Under the pieces are notes generated by a model that had not been told where the DNA came from, made no database searches, and saw nothing but the letters and a program-made list of their open reading frames with translations. The position numbers and the translations under genes are program-made. This document shows, piece by piece, positions 37,218 to 48,089 of a stretch of DNA of 64,000 bases. Origin of the DNA: Eledone cirrhosa (lineage: Eukaryota); assembly GCA_964016885.1 (NCBI GenBank), contig OZ024742.1, positions 290,222,001-290,286,000 on the forward strand. The letters are read 5' to 3'. Positions within the stretch are counted from its first letter, which is position 1. Each line of letters starts with the position of its first letter.

Positions 37218-40200
37218 TCATCATCATCATCATCATCACCGTTTTACGTCCGTTCTTCCACGCTAGCATGGGTTAGACGGGTTGTCCTGTTGTGGGCAGT
37301 GTCTGGTCGGCTGACCATGCCTTGCTCATACAGGAACTGATCTGGCTTGATTTCTACAGCTGGATGCCCTTCCTAACACCAACCTCATTTACAGTGAGTG
37401 CTGGGTGCTTTTTCGTGGCGCCTACACGTCCACTTTACAGTGTGGGCTGGGTGCTTTTTTGCCGTGGCACCTCCACGACCACCTTGCGGTGGGGGGGGGG
37501 GGCATATTGTTTATATGCTTCAGCTTGTACCCATGGGAGGTCGGGTACCCTGTATTACTGCGTGACGCCAGAAGTCACGGTCGTGTGTCATTGACTTTGA
37601 GAGGTGTAGTTGGGTAAGGTCGGCTTTTATCACCTCATCCCAAGTCATCTTGGGTCTCCCCACTCCGCGGTTTCCATCAACTTCTAGTGCTCTGCACCTT
37701 TTTATGCAGCTGTCATCCTTCATACGCATCACATGTCCATACCAGCGTAACCGCCTCTCCTGCACGCAGCATTTGATTCCTCTTATGCTCAGTCTCTCTC
37801 TCAATTCCTTTATGCTTTGTCGTTCACGTATATTACTGTTACACATCCATCGGAGCATGCAGACTTCGTTTCTCTCTAATCTACGTAAGTCTTCCACCTT
37901 CAGCGCCCAGGTCTCACTACCATGCAACATCGCTGTTCGGATACACGCATCATACAGTCTGCCTTTCATTCTGAGGGAGAAGCCTTTTGCAGCTAGCAGT
38001 GGTAGTAGTTCCCTAAACTTCTTCCATCCCGTTCTTACCCTAGTTATTGTACTTTCTGAGCACCCACCTCCGTTGCTAATTCGGTCACCTAGGTAGCAGA
38101 AGCTGTCTACTGTTTCTACAGGGCCCTCCCAGAGATTGGTGGTACTTGTTTCCTGTGGCTGTTTGCTTGCTGTTTCAGCACAGCTGCTGCATGTGAATCC
38201 TACATTCTTAATTAAGCTTCCTGAGATCCCGCTACATCTCTTGTGTACCCATTGTTTGCATTTGGGGCAGAGAATGGAGTTCCTACATACTGAGCAAGGC
38301 CATTTCCCTGAGGGGATCTGGGTTCTGTTTTCTCGTCTACTTATAAGGACCTTAGTCTTTGTCATGTTGACTTTGAGGCCCTTTCTCTCTAGTCCCTGCT
38401 TCCAGGTTTGGAATTTATTCTCTAGTTCTACCATAGATTCAGCTATGAGTGCGAGGTCATCAGCATACAGGAGTTCCCATGGGCATCCGGTCTTAAACTC
38501 CTCCGTTATTGCCTGCAGGACTATGATGAACAGGAGAGGGCTAAGAACAGAGCCCTGGTGGACCCCAACCTGTACGCTAAATTCCTCGCTATACTCATTG
38601 CCAATCCTAACTTTGCTGACTGCTCCCCTATACATGGCTTGTACCGCTTTCACAAGCCATTCATCTACTCCTAGTTTTCTAAGAGCCCACCAGATTACTG
38701 CACGTGGAACTCTGTCAAAGGCTTTCTCAAGGTCGACAAATGCCAAGTAGAGTGGCTTACTTTTAGCTAGGTACTTTTCCTGTAATTGCCTCACAAGGAA
38801 GAGCGCATCAGTGGTGCCTTTCCCTGGAACAAACCCAAATTGCATCTCGTCTATATTCACCCGGTCCCTAATCAGCTGTGCTATAACTCTTTCTGTTACT
38901 TTCATGACCTGGTCCATCAACTTTATACCTCTATAGTTTCCTCTATCTAGTGCATCGCCTTTACCTTTGTAGCAGTTGACAATGATGCTACTGCACCAAT
39001 CTTTTGGTATGGCCCCCTCTAGTATTACCTGGTTAACGATACGTGTGGTTATAGTGTGACCTACAGACCCAGATGCCTTCAGCATCTCGGCAGCTATACC
39101 CGATGGACCGGTTGCCTTCCCTATCTTCATATCTCTGATTGCCTTACTTACTACGCTGCCGCTGACTTGTACTGCTGGTCCCTCTATAGGGTCTACGTGG
39201 GGTAGGGTCTCTTCTTCCCATGCATTCTCCTCATTTAGTAATCTATCATAATGACTCTTCCATGCATCTTTCTTCTCAGCACTTGTGAGGGCAAGCTCAC
39301 CTTTATCATTCCGGATACACTTCTCTCCAATGACATCACAACTATATCTGACACACTGCCTCGCAATCTTGAATACCTCCTGTTTCTGGTCCTCACGTTG
39401 TAAAACATGCTTGAATTTTCTATCCTCTGCTTCCCTCCTAGCTAAGTATACTTGTCGCCTAGCTTCCCTCTTGGTCTCTATGTAATGTACCCTGCTCCCC
39501 CCGTTCTTCCATTCTTTCCATGCCTGTCTCTTGGCCTTGACTGCTTCATCTACCTTATTGTTCCACCACCAAGTCACTCTCCTCCTGCTTGAGGTCTTAC
39601 TCCAGCCACAAACCTCATCCGTCGCCTCTAGTAAGTTATTTTTTAGGAACTCCCAGTTCTCTTCTACGTTAAATGTCTCTATCTGTTCTTCTTTACTGTC
39701 GTAGGCGTTGAGTAAAATATCTTTAAATCTGTTACTGGTTGAGGGGACTTTCAGCTTCCAGATCTTTCTTCTCCAGGTTGGCCTCTGTTTCAGGGCTCGT
39801 CTAGTTCTGACCGTGAGGTCGCTGACAACTAAGCTATGTTGGGATGTACATTCCTCACTAGGGAAGGCTTTTGTGTTTACGACCGTCCATCTGTCACGTC
39901 CTCTGATGAGGATAAAATCTAACTGACTAGAGTGCTCCCCTGATCTATAGGTGATCAGGTGGTTGTCGGGTTTTTTAAAGTTTGTGTTACATATCGACAT
40001 GTCATTGGCGTCGCAGAATTCTAGAAGTCTGAATCCTTCCTCATTCCTTGTGCCAACTCCATGGCCTCCATGTACTCTATTGAAGCCGTCGCAGTGTTTA
40101 CCTACGTGTCCGTTAAAATCTCCTGCAATGATTAGGAAGTCCTTGTTGTCTGTTAGAGCAGTAGTGTGTATTAGGGACTCGTAAAACCTATCCTTAAGTT

Positions 40201-41650
40201 CGTCTGGCAGCCCCGATTGGGGTGCGTAAGCTGATATTATTGTGGTAATTGTCTTATTCAGGACTAGTCTGAGTTTAATGATTCTTGCATTTACCCTGTA
40301 CACTGAGATTACTTTATCTACCCACTTGTCAGCTAATAGTATACCTACACCACCCATCCCATCGTCATTTCCCACCCAGAAAAATTTGTAGCACTGGCTT
40401 TTTCCTACAAGGTCTCTGGCAGACTCTCCTCTCCATCTAGTCTCTTGCACACAGCATACATCAACTTCCTTTCGCTCTAGCATTTCTACGATTTCTCCTG
40501 CTCTTCCTTTCATTGAGCCTACATTGATGGTACCAACTCGGAGTTTTGGGCATTTGTCGACACTCGTAGGGGAGGGTCTCTGGGTTGGCGCTTCACGTGG
40601 GTGCTTGGTAGCTCGCAGATTCATATTTCATCTATTGATTCAGAGTTGCTCGTGTATTCCCAGCTCATCCATCCATAACGGTGGGAAAATTGAGGGCTAG
40701 AAGAACAGTGGTGGTGGGGTAATGGCAGGGTGTGTTGGGATGCGCCAGAGGAGGAGAGAGTTAGTTAGGCAGGTAGTAGCAGCAGCAGTGGAAATGGCAT
40801 GCTAGGTTTGATTGGTCGAATAGACTATGGTGGTGTGTGGGGGTGGGGGGGGGGGAGGGAAATTGTGAGGTAGGAACTGAGGGTCGCATGGTAAATAACT
40901 GAGAGAGATACAATAGGATTAGAATACCGCATGGTAAATATCCAAGTTAATAAGTTAATACTACATCAGTAAAATTAACAAAATAACGTCATGAAAAACT
41001 ACTAAGAGAAACCCTCGAAAATTTATCGCTAATACAGCAGGGAACATCATAATATTAACGACAATATGTAGGCTAAAATACCTTCGTAGATTAGATGGAT
41101 GGCTGGAAAAATTGGAATCAGCTCTAGTGATACATTTTAGCAGAGAAGAATGGGAAAGTGTCTTATCTCTTCAATATTTTCAGATTGAATGAATTAGGTT
41201 AAAGACAGGGTAGTAAGCCTTAAAGAAGTGCATAGAGATGGGGGGGGGGGGGGTTAGGAACTGAGGGTCGCATGGTAAATAACTGAGAGAGATACAATAG
41301 GATTAGAATACCGCATGGTAAATATCCAAGTTAATAAGTTAATACTACATCAGTAAAATTAACAAAATAACGTCATGAAAAACTACTAAGAGAAACCCTC
41401 GAAAATTTATCGCTAATACAGCAGGGAAAATTTAACGCTAATACAGCAGGGAACATCATAATATTAACGACAATATGTAGGCTAAAATACCTTCGTAGAT
41501 TAGATGGATGGCTGGAAAAATTGGAATCAGCTCTAGTGATACATTTTAGCAGAGAAGAATGGGAAAGTGTCTTATCTCTTCAATATTTTCAGATTGAATG
41601 AATTAGGTTAAAGACAGGGTAGTAAGCCTTAAAGAAGTGCATAGAGAGGG
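37218..41650 (-). mobile_element. Apparently full-length RTE LINE (subfamily B) with ~400-bp duplicated 5' region
   Basis: (GAT)n tail, 3' UTR and intact ORF. 40870-41250 is repeated at 41275-41650. The 5' limit is uncertain. Confidence 0.88.
37520..40624 (-). CDS. RTE ORF: APE endonuclease + reverse transcriptase + embedded PHD finger, 1034 aa, uninterrupted
   Basis: GTINVGS, CCVQETRW, IIAGDFNGH, LDFIL, FVDLEKAFD, GVHQGSVLSP, LYADD, CSVC..CPKC..HKRC..CSSC, GRP.MTW. Confidence 0.95.
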   Translation of the reverse strand: MNLRATKHPREAPTQRPSPTSVDKCPKLRVGTINVGSMKGRAGEIVEMLERKEVDVCCVQETRWRGESARDLVGKSQCYKFFWVGNDDGMGGVGILLADKWVDKVISVYRVNARIIKLRLVLNKTITTIISAYAPQSGLPDELKDRFYESLIHTTALTDNKDFLIIAGDFNGHVGKHCDGFNRVHGGHGVGTRNEEGFRLLEFCDANDMSICNTNFKKPDNHLITYRSGEHSSQLDFILIRGRDRWTVVNTKAFPSEECTSQHSLVVSDLTVRTRRALKQRPTWRRKIWKLKVPSTSNRFKDILLNAYDSKEEQIETFNVEENWEFLKNNLLEATDEVCGWSKTSSRRRVTWWWNNKVDEAVKAKRQAWKEWKNGGSRVHYIETKREARRQVYLARREAEDRKFKHVLQREDQKQEVFKIARQCVRYSCDVIGEKCIRNDKGELALTSAEKKDAWKSHYDRLLNEENAWEEETLPHVDPIEGPAVQVSGSVVSKAIRDMKIGKATGPSGIAAEMLKASGSVGHTITTRIVNQVILEGAIPKDWCSSIIVNCYKGKGDALDRGNYRGIKLMDQVMKVTERVIAQLIRDRVNIDEMQFGFVPGKGTTDALFLVRQLQEKYLAKSKPLYLAFVDLEKAFDRVPRAVIWWALRKLGVDEWLVKAVQAMYRGAVSKVRIGNEYSEEFSVQVGVHQGSVLSPLLFIIVLQAITEEFKTGCPWELLYADDLALIAESMVELENKFQTWKQGLERKGLKVNMTKTKVLISRRENRTQIPSGKWPCSVCRNSILCPKCKQWVHKRCSGISGSLIKNVGFTCSSCAETASKQPQETSTTNLWEGPVETVDSFCYLGDRISNGGGCSESTITRVRTGWKKFRELLPLLAAKGFSLRMKGRLYDACIRTAMLHGSETWALKVEDLRRLERNEVCMLRWMCNSNIRERQSIKELRERLSIRGIKCCVQERRLRWYGHVMRMKDDSCIKRCRALEVDGNRGVGRPKMTWDEVIKADLTQLHLSKSMTHDRDFWRHAVIQGTRPPMGTS

Positions 41651-41685
41651 GGGGGTGGTAGGAACTGAGGGGGGGGGTAGGAACT

Positions 41686-42088
41686 ATATATATATATATA
41701 TATTTATATATAACGATAAATTAACGCAGGCATAGGCCCTCGTTAATCCCTGTAAATAATGTGCTCAAAGGAGAAGATATCCTGAGCTCATTATTTACAG
41801 GGATTAACGAGGGCCTATGCCTGCGTTAATTTATCGTTTTATATATATATATTTATATATAACGATAAATTAACGCAGGCATAGGCCCTCGTTAATCCCT
41901 GTAAATAATGTGCTCAAAGGAGAAGAGATCCTGAGCTCATTATTTACAGGGATTAACGAGGGCCTATGCCTGCGTTAATTTATCGTTTTATATATATATA
42001 TTTATATATAACGATAAATTAACGCAGGCATAGGCCCTCGTTAATCCCTGTAAATAATGTGCTCAAAGGAGAAGAGATCCTGAGCTCT
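41686..42088. repeat. 149-bp tandem unit, each a ~55-bp-arm hairpin, 2.5 copies separated by (TA)n
   Basis: AACGATAAATT... starts at 41712, 41861 and 42010, with its reverse complement between successive starts. Confidence 0.93.
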
Positions 42089-42469
42089 TTAAAATACAAT
42101 ATGTTGAAAAGGTAACACACCAGAGAGAGATATACAGTGCGTTATCAATAAGACAGGGAAACAAACCACCAGTGTATGGAATCTATAACCTATGAAAGGC
42201 AGACTATAGACACGATAATTAAAAATATAAATTAAAGCGTAAATAAATACCTTCATAACTATAAATGTTTGGTGAATCCATACGTACATATATATATGTG
42301 TGCATGTATGTATATATACATACTACTGTACGTCTGTATACATATATGTATGTACGTATACATACTTATATATATATATGTATATGTATATGTATATGTA
42401 TACATATATATGTATGTATATGTATATGTATGTATATATGTATATGTATATATATGTATATATATGTAT

Positions 42470-43670
42470 ATTTTTAATAGGAACAATATAAAAATATCCT
42501 TCTCTACTACTCCTAACCTAGCAGACATCATAGGAACAACGAACCACAGTAAGATCACCAAGACACAGCACCTCGACACAGACGCACCTACACCTGACAA
42601 TAACTATATCGGCCTTAACAACTCCCTGGCAGCATCCAATAGTGTTGGCAACGGCATCTGCAGACGCAACCAGAATAACCGCAAAATGACTGGGGAACAT
42701 GCAGAACATGACGTGCAGAATAACAATCTCACCACCCTGCGTGCTGTGGGTTGTAATTGTGCTAACGACAGCTGCGGTAGCATAGGTAACAACGTAGGCA
42801 GCAACAGTGGGAAATAGACAGAACCGCGACAGAAATTGCAACTGCCGTGACAGAGGACGCTGCCCCCTTAGAGGATACTGCTTGACTGATAGGGTTATAT
42901 ATAGATGCACTATTACTAGCCACAATAGCGTTAAACATTATATAGGGGCCACCTCCGGCCCGTTCAAAATTAGGTTTCGAACACATCTCCACTCTTTCAC
43001 AGATAGAAAACTAAGGCACTCCACTTCGCTCGCGGACTACATCACATCACTAAAGGACTTAAACATCAGCTTCTCCACGCACTGGGAGATTGTCGGCAGG
43101 GCTGCACCGTACAACTTCAAGAAGAAATGCGATCTTTGCCTCATGGAGCTCTACCACATCATAACTGCACCCCACGAGCTCATCAACAGCAGAGCTGAAA
43201 CAGCGATAAGTTGTACACATCGCTTAAAAATATCCTTCTTCAGATGGGTTAAGGATGAAGAGTGAAACAATACACTGGATCTCCCTGCAACAAGTCTTAA
43301 CACCCCGGCGAGCAGGCGCTGCAAAATAACACCCAGGAAACAATCCTTGCATACCAGACCCAGCCTCAGACAAACGGATGCGGCAAAAAAAAAAAAAAAT
43401 ATTGTCCGGGAAAGACTGCCCTAACACCGGCCAGACCTTGACCTCCCTTGACCTGCTGCAAAATCAAAACAAGATATTTTTGCGAGCAATGAACCTTGAT
43501 GTGGATTTAACCCCCAAAACTCTTTCCGAGCAATATAAGGAACACTTGTGATTATTTATGCCCTTGAGAAGCCCAAAACGTACGTAGGTGCTGGGCAAAA
43601 CGTACGTAGGTGCTGTTTTAAATAAACATGTTTTAACGGTCTATTCTCCGATTTTTTACTTTCCCACGTA
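42470..43670 (+). mobile_element. Penelope-like element 3' part (RT thumb end, Asn-rich linker, GIY-YIG endonuclease, pLTR-like tail)
   Basis: [14 protein letters not shown]; CNCR..CPL.G.C; VIY...YIG.T; FK.R..H..SF; CDLC..E; N.RAE...C.H (42807..43265). One frameshift in the linker. Confidence 0.85.
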
Positions 43671-43691
43671 TATATATGTATATATGAATAT

Positions 43692-43796
<105 letters not shown>

Positions 43797-43893
43797 TTGG
43801 AATAGAATGAAACGAAATTTCATTTCTCACTCTTCTCACTATTGAGTACTTTGGTGCCTAATGGTCCACCTGGTTCCTTACCACATTTCCTTC

Positions 43894-43934
<41 letters not shown>

Positions 43935-43961
43935 ATAATAATAATAATATGTATATATATA

Positions 43962-44352
43962 TACCTAAATACATAGTAAAACCTACTACAGCCAGTAGGC
44001 ATCTCTAACAAAATACACCCCCGTCCCACCACCCACACCCCATCCACACCACCCCCTCCTATGTAAAGTTATGTTGGTGCCACAACATCCAGGCCGAAAC
44101 AAATGAGATTGTGTAGGTGTCACGACAAAAAAACACACAGTCCACGCTGTAATGTGGCCGTGTAGGCAACACGGTAAAAACCTCCCAGTCCCACACTGTA
44201 AATGTGGTTGGTGTTAGGAAGGGCATCCAACTGTAGAAAACCTGCCAGACAGTCCTATGCGAGCAAGACAATCACTCTTGCCTCAAGTGGGAATATCCCC
44301 GTCCAAACCCATGCAAGCGTGGAACACGGACGTTAAACGTTGATGATGATGA
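43962..44352 (+). mobile_element. RTE subfamily A 3' UTR copy
   Basis: Near-identical reverse complement of 34335-34725; (GAT)n tail. Confidence 0.9.
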
Positions 44353-44377
44353 TATATATATATACATATATATATAT

Positions 44378-44719
44378 GGAGGCACATGGCTTAGTGGTTA
44401 GAGCATTGGCCTGGCAATCGAAAGGTTGTGAGTTCAATTCTCAGACCGGGTGATGTGTTGTTTCCTTGAGCAAGACACTTTATTTCACATTGCTCCAGTT
44501 TACTCAGCTGTAGAAATGAGATGATAGGGACTGGGGACCATATCATTCCACTGCAAAGTGGTCGTGGAGGTGCCACAGCAAAAAAGCACCCAGCACTCAC
44601 TGTAAATGAAGTTGGTGTTAGGAAGGGCATCCAGCTGTAGAAATCAAGCCAGAATCAGTTCCCGTCCCACCCTTGCAAGCAGGGAAAAAGCGGATGTAAA
44701 ACGAAATGAAATGAAATGA

Positions 44720-44723
<4 letters not shown>
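44378..44723 (+). mobile_element. tRNA-derived SINE, family 2 (most complete copy)
   Basis: TGGCTTAGTGG A box, GAGTTCAATTC B box, RTE-derived 3' end, (GAAAT)n/(GAT)n tail. Confidence 0.88.
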
Positions 44724-44756
<33 letters not shown>

Positions 44757-45049
44757 GATTGGTGCTCAGAAATAGTGTTGTATACATGAATGTATGTATA
44801 GTATATTTGTCAATATACCGTATGTTTAATTAAAAACATTTAGAAGACCATACGCTATCAGTTTTAAAGTAGTGATTATGTCACTTACTTCTTTTCGGTG
44901 AAAGAAGGGAGAGAAGCTGACAGTCTGTTTCACTCTGGTTGGCGTTCATCAAAGCCACGTACTCCCCTGCTTCTGCCGAAAATTATAGAAGCTGGATTCT
45001 TATAGAATTCCAGTAATAATCAGGAGCTGATTATACAGAATGATTGCTT

Positions 45050-45552
45050 GTCCTTTCAAAACTTTCAAAACTATTGGTATAGGTCTGACAAACCTATGTT
45101 TTATGTGGCTGTTTCAAGGACTGGAATTTCAAAATATCTCTACATTTTAGCCAATCAAAGAAAGACAAGAAATGTTTGCCCCGAAGTTCTTCATTAGGAA
45201 AGTATGAAATATATTTTCATGTATTTATTATGTTAAAAAATAAATAACTAAACTTTGAATTTCTAATTTGAAAATAATGCTTTACACAAAAATGAAATGA
45301 TCAAGTTTTGAATTGATATTTTGAAAAAAATTATTTACAAGAAACAAAATAAGAATAAGATTTAATAATGTAATTTTGATTTGATATATTACAAAAAATA
45401 ATGTTTTCCAATTTTTCATGCATTACATTTTACATTGAGTAATATTGAAATGCAGAATTTTTCTCCATAAATTATATCACTGATTTAAAATCAATCATCA
45501 TTTTCTTACAAAAAAAATGTGAAATGCAGCATGGCGCGGGTAATTCGGCTAG
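45050..45552 (+). mobile_element. Helitron 3' end (degraded helicase C-terminus and CTAG terminus)
   Basis: TFKTIGIGL...FYVAVSRTG...LYILA...TRNV..PEVL resembles the RepHel/Pif1 C-terminus. GC-rich subterminal motif, then CTAG|T at 45549-45553. Confidence 0.7.
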
Positions 45553-45558
45553 TGTGTG

Positions 45559-45592
<34 letters not shown>

Positions 45593-46125
45593 AGCACAGG
45601 CATAACTGTGTAGTTAAGGAATTTGCCAGCCTTTGGGACTGCATTATTCTCATTTAGATTACTCTGAAGTCTCAGTAGGACACTGTAGGTGCCGTTCTAA
45701 ATTTCCTTCTTCATAGCCCATTTCTTTAATTGAAAGACTTTGAATCACTGTATTGTTTTGAATCTTACCTATTTCTTAATATTATCAACCAGCTACCATG
45801 TGGACTGCTTTGTTAGAACTTTGCAGTTGACATCAGGAAAGTATTGCCTGCCTGATAGAAATTTCAGAACAAATAACTACTGCATTCCATCATCTGCTTT
45901 GAGGATATCTTTGTCCTTTCTCCTATGGGGACCCTAAAAAGTGTCATAGGTACTGTCATTTCTCAATAAATTAATCTACCAACTCCTTAATTATGCTGCA
46001 AAACCTGCTCCTAAAATTTGTTTGCAAATTAATTTTTGTTTTTACACATCAAACTCTTCTACCATAAAATGCCTATACAAAGAAAATAATTTTATTTAAT
46101 TAAATATTTTTTTTTTATTATCTAG

Positions 46126-47667
46126 TTGTGCAGGAAGTGTGTTGCAGAGAACATTGGTTGAATGATGTGGAATTATATGTTCAACCATTCTGGAAACAAC
46201 CTGTGAAAAATACCAACCCTGCAACAAATATGCATGAAATTCTTTTACCTAGTAAATTCCACACCCTTTTCTTCAAACAACATAAAGACATTGTTAAAGA
46301 ACAACTGACACATTTGGCTAAGGTGATTTGGAAACATTGTCGGTTAAATACGTTAGTTTTAGAATACAACAAAGAAAATTCTGAGAAAATCCATCAATAT
46401 TTGCAAGATTTATTAAGCTCCATCACTGTTGAAGTTGTTGATATTGCAGCCTCTATTTTCAACAACATAGTTGAATCGTTTAAGAAGAAACTAGATATGA
46501 AATGTATTTACTTTGACCATGAAAATTTCCAAGCCAATATTATAGGATTTAATAAAAGCTGTGTCATTGAGAAGAAGAATTATCTTTTGAGCTTTCTTAG
46601 AACTATACATGAGGATAAATTGAACATTCATGAAAAACATATTTTGTTAGGTCTTGATTATTTTGCTGAGCTGGAAAGAGAATTTAAAGGATTAATAATC
46701 AAAGTTTATTTGGATAAACTTGTTTATGAAGGTTACAGTCTTCAAATAAATGAATGTAGACAAAAGGTGTCAGAAGCTGTTAAATCAATAGAAAGTTCTA
46801 AAGTGTCTTTACCATTGAATACTGCAATGATTATCAATAAAAAACCCGTGACGCAATATCTTATTGAAAAACTGAAAATTAAAATGTGTGTGGCCTCATG
46901 GGACATACATGATGATGATTCAATCACAATTTATGCAAGTGGAAAGAAAGATCTTTTAACTTTGGAAAAAATTATTAAAGAAACTTTTGTTTCTCATAGC
47001 TTAGATTTCATAGAGAAAATTAAAGGTACTTCAAATTATGAATTATGGTTAAAATTCCTTGAAAATCTGAACGTAGAGTACCTAGATTTGTATTTTATCG
47101 AGAAAGATGTTTTGGCATTTGTGGCTATTGACAAAATAGCTAATGATATAAAAAACAAAATTGATAACTTTATAAAATCTTTAACATATGAATCTTGCAT
47201 ATCAATAAATCAAAACCACTTTTTATATCTAAAGCAGTTCAATGAAAAAGATATCAACGAATTTTGTGAGAAATCTAAAATCAAGATCATATTATTCAAA
47301 GATAATCAATTACATTTAGAAGGAACAGAAAATGAAATTAAAAAAGTGGAAAATTATCTGGAATATTTAAGAAAGAATATTAGCTGGAGGGAAGAAGTAT
47401 TTGAAATGTTTGGTTTTGAGGAATTTCTGAAGAGTGAAGAAGGAAGCAATTTTTTAAATGAAATGCAGTTAAATACTAAGAGCATAATATCATTAGATCT
47501 AATTTTAAAAGATGAAACAGATGCAGTAGCAAGTTTTAAATACAAGAATTGTACAATCAATTTAATTGAGGATGATATCACAACCTTGAACACTGATGCC
47601 ATTGTTAATGCTGCCAATGGTAGATTGGAACATATTGGAGGACTTGCTGCAGATATTGTGAAGAAAG
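46126..47667 (+). CDS. PARP14-like gene, exon C (end of RRM, KH-like region, start of macrodomain)
   Basis: Poly-T...TAG acceptor, 1542-nt open exon, donor G|GTTAGT, phase 1-1. Ends in INLIEDDITTLNTDAIVNAANGRLEHIGGLAADIVKK (macrodomain). Confidence 0.93.
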
Positions 47668-47817
47668 GTTAGTGTTAATATTTTATAATTAACCCTTTTA
47701 ATACCAACCTGCCCCAAACTACTTCTGGTCCTATACATCCATTTTAAAGAGTTCCTATTTAAATTAATATCTTTCAGCATAATTTTATATAAAATCTATG
47801 TTAAGTTACTATCTTAG

Positions 47818-48000
47818 TAATTGTTTCTACTTTAGGCACAAGGCCAGCAATTACCCAGTACATTACTGGTACTTTATTTTATCGACCCCGTAAGGATGAA
47901 AGGCAAAGTTAAACTCGACGGGATTTGAACTCAGACCGTAAAGGGACGTAACTATGCTGGAAAGCATGGCGTCCGACTCTCTACCGATACTGCCAATCCA
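47818..48000 (-). mobile_element. tRNA-derived SINE, family 1
   Basis: Homologous to 6359-6545. CTATCTTAGTAAT appears on both sides (about 47808 and 48001), a likely TSD. Confidence 0.88.
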
Positions 48001-48089
48001 CTATCTTAGTAATGAAATAATTTTAGTAAATCCCTCAAAATTTTTAATTAATTGACATATAAGATTCCCATTTAAATAAAACTTTATGG

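Noticed and set aside
37650-40184. Recurrent + strand ORFs opposite the RTE copies (also 3277-3999, 35000-35725, 53972-55432)
   Set aside because: Antisense shadows of the RTE ORF; recurrence reflects copy homology.
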